A DNA stretch of 53,150 nt from Girardia tigrina. Its lineage: Eukaryota. Below are positions 40,892-51,900 of the stretch, piece after piece. A program made the translations under genes and the position numbers. How positions within the stretch are numbered: position 1 is the stretch's first letter; each line of letters opens with the position of its first letter. Where the stretch lies: positions 62,001-115,150 of the forward strand of contig MQRK01173881.1 in assembly GCA_001938485.1 (NCBI GenBank), written 5' to 3'. Below the pieces are notes generated by a model. That model ran no database searches and was not told the origin of the DNA. It saw only the letters and a list, made by a program, of their open reading frames with translations.

Positions 40892-42200
40892 TGTAACGAA
40901 TATAAATTCAAACAATTCAATTAAAGAATATAAATGTATTTATTATAGTTACACATTCTTACCATCATAATGCACTCCCATATTTATTACTAAATCAAAT
41001 TAATCTATCACACATAACTATACCCCTCCTCTGGCGTTTGAGTTACTTGATGTTCCTTATTTATACCCTATTTGGAAATCGAATTTTAATCTGATGTGGC
41101 GAAATGAACCCGATCATCTTGTACGGTCCTTTATTTGGAAATTGTTCTTATTTCTCTTTGTAAAGTCAACCTTCACGAGTACTACTTGCCCCTCCCTGAA
41201 ATATATCTTCCTTCGAATTTCCTTTTGATATATCCTCATTTTCTCTGCTGCTGCATCCGCATTGTCCCGAACCTCTTGTGAGGAATATTTGGTGTGTGGA
41301 TGTTTTTGTGTAGTTTTTGCATGTTCAAATATTGTATGTTGATTTTGGATTGTGCCTCTCCTAACCAGATGGATTATCAATATTTAATTTTTTATAATCT
41401 GAAACTAATTTATTTAAATTTAGATTTAATATTCAAATTTTTAGTTTTTATGTTTGCAACTTTTAAATAATTTTAATGATTTTATTTTTGTAAATTTTTA
41501 AATAATTAAAATCAAATTAATGTTTAAAAATGACTATAAAAATATTTTATTTTAGCCAATCAAATTTAAATTAAATATTTTTAAATAAAATAATCTTATC
41601 AAGTATAGTTCAGATTATAATGGGAGATATTGAAAATTGATTGATGGATTCTAGTGAAAACAATAATATTGATCATCATAAAGATGATAAAAATTGTGAA
41701 TGTAATAAATGTTCTGTCAAATTTGTGAGTTCTCTTAACACCTCTGCTGTGATTTTCGTTCCCGGCACTGAATGGATGTTTATTTTCCGACTGTAAACGA
41801 TCTCGAAAGTTGAAAATTTTGTTGAATCTTTAACAGTTCTATTATGATTGAATTCAATCCGATTCAATATATCATTCCAATTTTTTCTGTACATTTACTT
41901 TTCAATGACATCGCATGAAATATCTTACTGTTCTAATCACCCATTTGATATGGTGAACTGATTTCTTGGTTTATCTGTAATTATTTCAGACTCTTACTCA
42001 TAAATTCATTCTCGAATTGTCTATCCAGGTCTGTCAAAATGCTATACGGCTTCCCGAATTTATAATTTTAAATAATTAATTAATTTATAATTTTTCGGGC
42101 TGACTAAATCAGAAGATTTTTTTACCATCAAATACAATAGATCAACGAGCAAACTTAACGTTTTACTTATTGCCAATATCCGAAGAACATTTCATTGAAT
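40892..42200 (-). mobile_element. Gypsy/Ty3 LTR retrotransposon remnant: integrase C-terminus, PPT and probable short 3' LTR
   Basis: Minus strand ILTDLDRQFEN, NWNDILNRIEFNHNRTV..STKFSTFEIVY and FREGQVVLVK..KGPY (GPY/F module). PPT agaggagggg at 41032-41023 abuts a putative LTR 41022-40892 ending gttaca. Interrupted by an AT-rich insert at about 41380-41725. Confidence 0.7.
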
Positions 42201-43139
42201 ATCAACTATATTTGATCAAACTTCTAAACTATCGTTTAGTAATTGTGAGTAAATATTCTGTGATTAAAAAAGTTAAATGTTATAACCAAGATTATTATAT
42301 TTGTTAGTTGAATTTATCTTTTTTTTCTTTTTTTTGTTCTAAACAGGTTCATCCAGCAAAGACATAGTTGGATTAACCTGGTTAGTTACTCAGTACCTAT
42401 AATATATAAAAATAGCGGATTGGTACACTCCTTCATTCGAGAAACGAAATCCATTATTTTTATACCTACTATGCAATTCTTATAATCATTCATAACACAT
42501 TGCAAGATTTATTATTAAAACAAAAACAATATTAAAACAATTTAGCTAATCACACATAACTATTATGTCATAAGAAGAATTCTGTAGCTGATAGTTTTAA
42601 TATCCCAGGCTATGGAGGATCCATTTTAAAACGTCCTATTTATTGCGCTTTTGTTAGAATATCTATAGTAGCAAAAAGACACATTCCACTAGATATGATG
42701 ATGGGAGGATGATTGATGGATAAAGAAATTACACATCTTCATTCAGTCACATTAATTTTCATATTTGCGAAAATAGAAAATTTTGCTACTTTTATCATTT
42801 TTCAAATCAGTTGATTCATTTGTAATGTCTTGTTCAGTATTTAACTATAATTTACTAAATAAGTTATGTAAACAATAAATCTAGAAATTTTGGATAAATG
42901 GATGTGAGAAATTTTTCTTTAAAGTTTTGCACCAGTAACTGGAAATGTTAGGAGATAATATTCATTATGTGTTCAAAAAGACTATCATTAGTGTGATAAT
43001 TGTTATTGTAAAATCGGGTTAACAACCTCTCCATATTTCTTGATCTCTACAATTCAATAGATGATTGAGAATGGAACTGTTTCGACTCAGTTGAGTATGT
43101 AAAGCTATTCCAGTTCGAAGATGACGGTTTGTCTCTCCT

Positions 43140-43511
43140 TCAATTGTTAAATTGAGGGTATTTTTTACTACAAATAACGTTTCTGGTTTTCTTTCTAATA
43201 AATAAAAAGTCCATTGAGTTTGAAGGCAAATCTAGTTTATCAATTTAAATGTCACAAGTGTGTAGCTTTGTACATTAGAGAGACAAACCGTTATCTGCGA
43301 ACTAGAATTAAGTTGAAACAGTTCTCTTCTCAATCATCTATTGAATTGTAGGGATGGAGAAAGTATGAAGCGTAATAGGGAATTCAAAGTTTTAAGTATA
43401 GATTTTGACAATTACAAGGAGAGGATAATCACTGAAGCATTGTTAATTAAATATTATAAACCATGCTTAAATGTTCAAAGTGATTCGTCAAATTATATTA
43501 AAATATTCTAA
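43140..43511 (+). mobile_element. Penelope-like element, C-terminal GIY-YIG endonuclease remnant
   Basis: LKANLVYQFKCHKCVALYIRETNRYLRTRIK...FKVLS..ERIITEALLIKYYKPCLNVQ..F*. Matches the VY-C-C-YIGET-R and E-LLI-P-LN signatures of Penelope GIY-YIG domains. Confidence 0.85.
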
Positions 43512-43728
43512 TTCTTAGTTTTTTTCATTTCGTTTTTTGTCTTTTTTTTCATTAAATTAGAAAATGATTTTTTATTTTTAAATTTCCAATTTTAATTATT
43601 TTAAGAATCTATTTGTTTATTCTTGTAAATTTTTAAATTAAAGTAATTAAAAAAGCCTTAAAATTGAATAATATTGCATAACTGTCTACCGCCAAAATAA
43701 AATGACTTAAATCTGAAATTTCAATCAG

Positions 43729-43765
43729 TCAACTGAAGATGTTAATATGGCGAAACTAGTATTGA
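43729..43765 (+). ncRNA. Minimal type I hammerhead ribozyme in the Penelope pLTR
   Basis: tcaa-CTGAAGA-T-GTTA-ata-TGGC-GAAAC-TA-GTA-ttga. Stem I tcaa/ttga, palindromic ACTAGT stem III, GUA cleavage triplet, followed by AATAAA; about 220 nt downstream of the GIY-YIG stop. Confidence 0.75.
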
Positions 43766-43858
43766 ATAAATGTTTAGAAAAAGGACTATTTTAGTATATA
43801 TATATATATACTTATATATTTCGAAAATATAATTTGATTAAAGCTTTTTTATACAACT

Positions 43859-43900
43859 ATTGGACATGTTTCGATGTTTATATACATCATCATCAGCAAT
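43859..43900 (-). ncRNA. Minimal type I hammerhead ribozyme with intact core
   Basis: Minus strand attg-CTGATGA-T-GATGT-atataa-ACATC-GAAAC-AT-GTC-caat. Perfect stem I and stem II, palindromic ACATGT stem III, GUC triplet. Confidence 0.88.
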
Positions 43901-44300
43901 TTTCTATTGAATTATTTGAATAATACAATTTTTCACAATTTTAATAAATATAATTTACTTTAAAAGGTGACGAAAAAATTAAACATTTTTATTTATGAAA
44001 ATATTATTGGGTAATTTTGAACTTTCTATTTGGTGAAATTCTATTTGGAATCAATTTAAATGTTTTCTTCTGATTTTAAAGAAAAATTTTAATCAACAGA
44101 CAACAATTTATCAATATGCACGATTCTGGAATGTATTTGAAATGTTTTTAAACATTTAGTAAAAATTAATTTTTAATCTATTTATTTTCATAAATAAAAA
44201 TGTTTAATTTTTTCGTCACCTTTTAAAGTAAATTATATTTATTAAAATTGTGAAAAATTGTATTATTCAAACAATTCAATAGAAAATTGCTGATGATGAT
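43886..44300. repeat. Long inverted repeat: 118 bp arms (43886-44003 / 44183-44300), 1 mismatch, 179 bp spacer
   Basis: Direct comparison of the arms. The right arm ends attgCTGATGATGAT at the N-gap 44301-44350, which is the start of a second hammerhead copy on the + strand. Confidence 0.92.
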
Positions 44301-45569
44301 NNNNNNNNNNNNNNNNNNNNNNNNNNNNNNNNNNNNNNNNNNNNNNNNNNATATATATATATATATATATATCAAGAGCGGATCTTAAATTAAATTTCAA
44401 ATTTAAACATAGAACATTGTTGCAGGATTGAGAAGTTTTGCAACCAAAATTCAAATTTTATTTGCTCCCAACGTTTCGTTTTTTAAATATAACTTTCTTA
44501 AGAGTTCAATAATCTAATGAACCATAAGGTCATATTCATTATATGACTTTATATGACATTATAAGAAAATGCACCAAGATTTCATACCAAACATTTACTT
44601 TTATTTAAGTAAAAGGTCACTATTCGGCTACACTGTTCTATCTCTTTCTTTTATGTCAGGAGTCGTTCTTTTTTTATTCACCTCGCATGTTCACTGTCTT
44701 AAAAATAGTGCAGGAAAATTTTAGTTTGATATTCGCGCTAAAACGTTTACTGATTTTTTTACTTCCCTTGCTACATAGAAATATTGTATTCGAAAACTAT
44801 TGAAAACTTTCCATTTTTGAGGTCTGTGCAATTCAAAACACTCGTTTTTAAAAAATGTCGGTCTGTCTTTCTATCTGTGAACATAAAACCAATAAATAAA
44901 TTTATTAATAAAATAAATTGTAATTTTATATGAAACATAAAATTTAATTTTTGGGAAATAATAAATAAACTAGAAAATTATTTTGTAACTTTTGTGTAAA
45001 CATAAAACAAATCAAAAATGATATTAATTCATAAATTTCACATTAAAATATAATTGCTTTAAGACAAAATAAAAAATATAACTCCATAAAAAAGGATTAA
45101 ATGAAAACAATTAAAAATATAATTTTCAATTTTTTGAGCAATATAATTTATTCTTATTTTTTAAAAGTACACTTTATTTTATGTAAAAAAGGGTAATTTA
45201 AAAGTTGTTAAATTAAACGAAAATTTCGATTTTTTAATTTTTTTTTCAAAACGTTATTTTATCAAAAATAAAAGTAATTTTTAAACGATTATGAAAACGA
45301 AATGAAAATGTCATTGTATAGAAGGGGGAAATATAATTAAGTAACGGTTAAATTTAAATGTATTAGAAAACGGAAATTTAATAAAAGATGTAACAAAATC
45401 TTTGTGACAAAATTTCAATAAAATCACCTTATAATTTTTTACTAAAAAAGTATAAAATTTTAATTCGTAATAAATGAAATATATTTTAAATTATATATAT
45501 ATTTTTATTTATAATGGTTTGTGTAAAAAGAAAGTGTGAAAGTTCATCGAAAATATTTGTTTAAAAAAC

Positions 45570-45838
45570 TTAAATTGTTATAGAAATCAAGTTTTGCGTT
45601 AATGACTTATTCTCTTGATCAAGAACCCAATAATCATAATTATTATTTATCTGATTTTTGTCGCTATTTATTGTATTTAATTTTTCACTTTCCATTTCCA
45701 TTTTAATTAATTTATCGACAGTTTCACGAATTAATTTTTCAACTATCGATTTCGAATATCCATTTTTATGAGGCGAATCCATAAACTTATCAATACTTTC
45801 ATTGCATTTAGCGCACGTAGACGAAAGTGTCCAAGATC
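45570..45838 (-). mobile_element. Penelope-like RT, C-terminal (thumb) part
   Basis: RSWTLSS..ESIDKFMDSPHKNGYSKSIVEKLI continues in frame from 52579-53150 once the hAT and one TSD are removed. Confidence 0.85.
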
Positions 45839-47016
45839 CAGGGGCGGATTTAGGGGGGCAATCGCCCCCTAGACAAATAAAAAATTAGTTTGTATAAATA
45901 AAAAAATAAAAATAAGCTGTTATTTTGCACAAATTAAAAATTATACATTCCGTTTCTTATAAATCGATAAAATTTTGTTAAAACTCATTTAATAATCATT
46001 TTTAAGTAAAGAAGGAGACCTTAAAAATCATGAAAATATCAATATCATAAAAACGCAATCCAAAGTGCCCAGAATATAATAAAATTATGTCTTTAACTAA
46101 ATAAAATTATTTTGAATCAAATTAGTATGGAACGCAAGAGCAATATTGAAAGACTGAAACCGATTGTTGAAACCATCATATTTCTTGATAGACAGAATAT
46201 ATCGTTCAGAAACACAAAGATGAGGGGAGCATAGTTATCGAACCAGATATTTCATTTGTTAATGAAGGAAACTTTAGAGAGCTCCTTCGTTTTAGAATTT
46301 ATTGTGACGACTCTATTTTTGATGAATATTTAAAAAATAGTAATGCAAAAGCTACATATATTAGTAAAACAATACAAAATCAATTAATAGAACACTGTGG
46401 TAATGAAATTACGTATATAATATTAGAAAGAGTGAATCAAACTAAACATTATTGTGTCTATGATGAAACAACAAATGTAACTCACACTTCATAAATAAGT
46501 ATTTGCGTAAGTTATGTTTATAACAACTAGAGGTGAAAAGATTTCATATCGTTTCTCAATGTACGTAAATATTTTAAAGACGAACCGAAAGCTTATCAGC
46601 CTAGAGTAACAGGTAAAATTCTTGGGAAACTTATTCTCGAAAAATTAAGAAATATTTGAATTTATATAAATACATGAATTGGTATTGGGATAGACGGGTG
46701 GTAAATGATGGTTTCTGAACAAGGTGGTGTTGTTACCGAAATTTAAAAAGTAGCATTATTGTATAATAAATGTATTTGTTTTAATCATGCATTAAATTTT
46801 TCAATACAAATTTCAATGTATCTAAAATGTCATCCGTTCAGACAATATGTAATTCTATTGCAGTAATTGAAAACGTGATATCATTTTTTAATGTATTTAC
46901 CAAAAGGTATTAGGTTTTGCAAATTACACTTAGCGAAAAACTGAAAGGTTTATCTGAGGCTCTTTGGGTTGAACGAAGTGAATCTATTATACAATTTATT
47001 GATTCTATAGAGAATA

Positions 47017-48148
47017 TTAGGTGTAAAAGTATGAAATGCGGATTTCAGAAAACGGATTGTGCACAATGCAAAAAGTAGGTCAATGGTTAGGCAATGATGT
47101 CATAATATTGAGTAATTATGTAGTGTCTCATAAGTAACTCATAAATTGATAAAGCGTTTTAATAATTGTTGTATTTCTGTGTTTTAGATGTCCAATTTAT
47201 GCCAAGCAGGGAGCATTCGCGGACGGTACTAATTTTTTGTTACCATCTAAAGAAAACTGCTGCTGAATCATACCGATTACTCCAAGAAGCTTATGGTGAA
47301 TATGCCCCATCGNNNNNNNNNNNNNNNNNNNNNNNNNNNNNNNNNNNNNNNNNNNNNNNNNNNNNNNNNNNNNNNNNNNNNNNNNNNNNNNNNNNNNNNN
47401 NNNNNNNNNNNNNNNNNNNNNNNNNNNNNNNNNNNNNNNNNNNNNNNNNNNNNNNNNNNNNNNNNNNNNNNNNNNNNNNNNNNNNNNNNNNNNNNNNNNN
47501 NNNNNNNNNNNNNNNNNNNNNNNNNNNNNNNNNNNNNNNNNNNNNNNNNNNNNNNNNNNNNNNNNNNNNNNNNNNNNNNNNNNNNNNNNNNNNNNNNNNN
47601 NNNNNNNNNNNNNNNNNNNNNNNNNNNNNNNNNNNNNNNNNNNNNNNNNNNNNNNNNNNNNNNNNNNNNNNNNNNNNNNNNNNNNNNNNNNNNNNNNNNN
47701 NNNNNNNNNNNNNNNNNNNNNNNNNNNNNNNNNNNNNNNNNNNNNNNNNNNNNNNNNNNNNNNNNNNNNNNNNNNNNNNNNNNNNNNNNNNNNNNNNNNN
47801 NNNNNNNNNNNNNNNNNNNNNNNNNNNNNNNNNNNNNNNNNNNNNNNNNNNNNNNNNNNNNNNNNNNNNNNNNNNNNNNNNNNNNNNNNNNNNNNNNNNN
47901 NNNNNNNNNNNNNNNNNNNNNNNNNNNNNNNNNNNNNNNNNNNNNNNNNNNNNNNAAAATGGGTCGATGAATGGTTCTTGGAAAAAAAGGAAGACTTTTA
48001 CTGGCGAGGTATCCACAATTTGAGATATAGATGGGACAAATGTATCATTAGTAATGGAGCATATTTTGAATAAACCTTTTTTTATCGTTCTTTTTTTTAA
48101 CGTATTTCTTTTCAAAATTTAATCCGCAATTCATACTTGTACACCTAA
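47017..48148 (+). mobile_element. Mos1-like (mauritiana subfamily) mariner nested in the hAT; centre lies in an assembly gap
   Basis: TA at 47015-47016 and 48149-48150. TIR ttaggtgtaaaagtatgaaatgcggatt pairs with aatccgcaattcatacttgtacacctaa. RTVLIFCYHLKKTAAESYRLL resembles the Mos1 N-terminus; ends RWDKCIISNGAYFE*. Confidence 0.92.
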
Positions 48149-48674
48149 TATTCCTGTAGCGGGGGGGGGGGAATAAATGGTATAATCCATGAACAATACC
48201 TTCATAAAAATGAAAATTTGTCGAGCTCGGACTAGAGTCGTCTATTGAGCCCAGGAGCCATAAGCCGTATAAGTTAAAACTTAATTTGCTAACAAAATCA
48301 TCCATAGACTATTACCACGCGTTTATACAGTCTTCTCACAAAGGGTTACCCTCGGGAATGCATCTAATGAAGGTTATCAAAGAACCAAATTCCTTGTGTT
48401 TGCAAGATGGTCTTAATATCAGTCTGAGTAACCGTACCGACAAGAACCTAGACACAAATTCATGGGTTCATTTCATTTCATTTTTCAAATTTCATTTCAT
48501 CATACAAATTCATTTTTTGGAAGGTCTAAGGATCAGGTTGTACGAAATAACTCATGAAAAACTAAAAAGACAAGTTCTTACATGTTATTTTTTTGAAAAA
48601 AATAATAGCATATTTAAGATTGGATGGATTGTTTATCTTCCTCAAAAGCTAAACTACATATTAAAGCCTTAAAA

Positions 48675-49150
48675 CAGTGTTTCCAAACGTGGGGCCCACG
48701 CATCACAGGGGTGCAATTCGAAAATTACTTTAATCTTGTCTCTCTAGACTTTTTAAAATTTAAATGCGAGGCTGTATATCGGTACCAAATTTCACAAATA
48801 AAGCAAATTCTTAAATAATTGAAATAAATAAATATTAGTTATAATTTCATTTGACGAGACAAAAATATCAATTGCGTGATTGGCGTCATCAATTAAAATT
48901 CGTCTGGGGTTCACTGTGGAGCGTGCTGTCTGGATGTTTAAAAACTCGCTAAACAACTCAGAATTCCACCAAATGTGCAAGAAAACTATTGCTACCCTTT
49001 CCATCTTCATTTTTAGCTGAATATGGATTTAGTGCAGTAAATGATTTACTGATTAAAAGTAGAAATCGGCAGGATGTAACACGACGTGGAGACTTGAGAC
49101 TGTAGTAAACCAAATTGGAACTTAGTATCAAATCTCTGTGCAGTGATCTC
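48675..49150 (+). mobile_element. Buster-type hAT fragment nested in the larger hAT
   Basis: Left end cagtgtttccaaacgtggggccc after a nnnTAnnn site (ccttaaaa). C-terminal LLLPFPSSFLAEYGFSAVNDLLIKSRNRQD...DLRL; right TIR not seen. Confidence 0.65.
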
Positions 49151-49505
49151 ACTAAACTGAAATAATAAATTAACATAGAAAAATATGTATTAAATTTCAG
49201 TTGCATTAGTTGAAAGCCGCTATTCTTCTTTGCGTCGACTAAAAACATTATTAAGAAATCGAATGGGTGCAGAAAGGTTAATAGGATTAGCTTTGCTTCT
49301 TAGACATCAAGATATATATGTTATATTTTTATTGTTATTGCATGTTTTGGCAAGGGGTATTCGCGCTGTGATTGTCTTTGGCCCTTACTTGAGCCAAATT
49401 TAAATTAAAATATTAAATGAATTAAAATTAAATAAAGTAAAACATTTTAATTAAATATAAAATAAGTAATTAAAGTAAAAATAAACAAGTAATTCAAATA
49501 AATAA

Positions 49506-49545
<40 letters not shown>

Positions 49546-49641
49546 TTATATCTAAAAATATTGTTATAAAACCATCACGTTCATATGGTTTTGTGATGGC
49601 ATAGTTTTGACGTTTGGTTTGTTGTTTGCCGGACTTTTAAA

Positions 49642-49995
49642 ATGAAATTTAATGAACTAGTTTCAGATATCAAACTGGCTATTTATTACGCTACATTAGC
49701 TCTCACGGAAATCAGAAACAGTAGTAATTTTGTGAAATTATTACAGTTGATTCTGTTGATTGGAAATTTCATGAATAGTTCCTCAAAATACTTTCAAACA
49801 GTCGGTTTTCAGATCTCTCAAAACTTTCTGACACAAGAGACAATCAAAATGAAAACACTCTAATGGAGTTTTTTAGTCTATCAAATAAAAAATCATTTCC
49901 GTCTTTAATTAATTTTATTTCTGAGTTAACATATTTGGATAAAGCATCGAAAGTTTCTTCTAAATCTATCAGTTCCCACCGACTAAAGGAATAAT
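49642..49995 (+). pseudogene. Diaphanous-type formin FH2 domain fragment, frameshifted
   Basis: KFNELVSDIK..EIRNSSNFVKLLQLILLIGNFMNSSS..VGFQIS, then after a frameshift KLSDTRDNQNENTLMEF..FPSLINFISELTYLDKASKVS. Matches the FH2 GNxMN and KLxDTK..TLLHFL..ELxHVEKASRVS motifs. Confidence 0.82.
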
Positions 49996-50243
49996 AAAAA
50001 AATTTAAACGATAAATTTATTCAATTTTCCGAAGTTTTAATTTACTTTAAAAGAAATTTAAAAATTTGAAGAAAAGAAACACTGCAATTCACTCAATGAC
50101 TTTCAAAAATCTGATATTTGAAAAGAAAATAAAAAGTAAAAAAAAATCTATAAAAAAATAAATAAATAAATAAACTATTAATTTCAAATAAGTTGGCTTT
50201 GACTTCTCGAATCGATATTTTTTAAAGGAAAATAAAACGAATA

Positions 50244-51900
50244 CAGTCCACCCTCGTTTCCGGGGCATTCTTTATGGTGGGGCACCTTGATTTCTGGGTA
50301 AATATTGGTTTTTGGGGCAAGTTTTAAGATAATCACACTATTACATATTATTTATATTGTGTTTTTATTCCAAAAGTACAATTAATTTTCGTTTTTGGGG
50401 CATATTTTTTAACCTAAAAATAATATTTAATCTTGGTCTGAAATAAGTATCAAAATTTCCCCAAATTTAAAATATTACAAGCTTTTTTTAAAAAATAATT
50501 GTAGTGTTCACTAAATCGCATAAAAAGTAGCAACCAAATAAGAGTTTTTTAGTAAAAATAAACTTTTAGTATTCTATTAATTAACTGTTTATTTTTTTAA
50601 CTTGTGCTTTCGTTAAACATTATGCCAACTAACAGAAGTCCAAATCGTTATTAATTGAATATTATTACAAAAATATTTCTAACTTGGTGATAAGAAATTC
50701 ATTCAAAAAGTTAATTTGAAAGTAACTAAAGACAAAGGGGCCGAATTTTATTATCGGATTGTTGTTGGAAGTGTGTGGTAATTTATAAAGAAAAAGCATT
50801 AAGTTTGGAAACACGAGACAAAAAAAACAACAAAGGTAAAGTCAACCTGTGTATTCTAACAGTTGGATAGACATGGTTTATTAAAATGACAACTTGATAA
50901 CAAAAAATGAACAGCATAATAAAATAAAAAATCAATTAACGATGAAAAGCTTGTATTATATACAATGATCATTTGATTGTAACTTAATTTTATATTAAAT
51001 TTTGTAAAAAAAACATTATACTCAATAACGAAAAAACTAATAGCGAGCGAAAAATTTGAAATTGCGAAATGTTTGAAGGATGAAAAAACAACAGAGAGAA
51101 AATTAATTGAAAAATTTTCTACAAGTAAAGGTGCCATTTTTAGAATTAAAAAGAATTTAGACAATATTCTTAACATTTGGGATAAAAGAAAATGTGACAA
51201 ACAAAAATCAGAAGAAACTATGAAAGAAAATCCATTTAATAAATATAAAGAGCTTAATGGTTTGGTCTTGGAAGTTTTTAATCGCCTAAGATCTTAATCG
51301 AATCCATTAAATGGAACGATAATCAAAACCATCGATGTGAAAATTGCAAAAAAAACTTGGATTAGAAAACTTCAAGGCGTCTAATGGGTGGATGGAGAAT
51401 TTTAAAAAACGGAATAAATTTGAGTTTAAACGAATTGCCGGTGAATCCAAGATCTGCTGATTTGGAATATTTAGATGAATTTTACGATGTTCTTAAAACA
51501 AAACTTGGACAATATGAACCTCGGGATGTGTGGAATTGCGATGAAACAGGACTTAACTATCTGAACCCTCCCTCAAAAAGTTTTGTCGCACCCGATGATG
51601 ATTGTAGAGGTATTAAAGTAAAAAAATAGAGAGTTACCATATTATTTTGCTGTAATATGTGCGGAGATAAAACGGAACTTCTAGTAATAGGCAAGGCAAA
51701 AAACCGAGGTGTTTTGGTGGGTTTGACCCAAAATTCATAAAAATAAATTATGGACACTCAATAAAGGCATGGATGTCATCAAAAGTTTTAAAAAAATGGT
51801 TAATTAAAATTAATAATGAGGTGGAAGTGGAGAAATGGAAAATTTTAATTATTTTAGATAATGCACTATCCCATCCGAATATCCAACTTTCGGCAATAGA
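50244..51900 (+). mobile_element. pogo/Tigger (CENP-B-like HTH plus DDE_1) transposon, 3'-truncated
   Basis: TA plus left TIR cagtccaccctcgtttccggggca at 50244. Decayed transposase at about 51020-51900: FKASNGW..FK.R, VWNCDETGL, RVTILFCCN..GDK..LLVIGKAKN, KAWMSS, ILIILDNALSHP. Right TIR absent. Confidence 0.88.

Larger units (their letters stand above)
15846..47955. other. Assembly gaps at 15846-15925, 23471-23790, 30229-30654, 44301-44350 and 47313-47955
   Basis: Runs of N. ORF-track entries made of X across these gaps are artefacts. Confidence 0.99.

Noticed and set aside
48155-48470. GC-richer segment starting tgtagcgg after the nested mariner, possible solo LTR
   Set aside because: No matching CA end with TSD, PBS or PPT could be identified.
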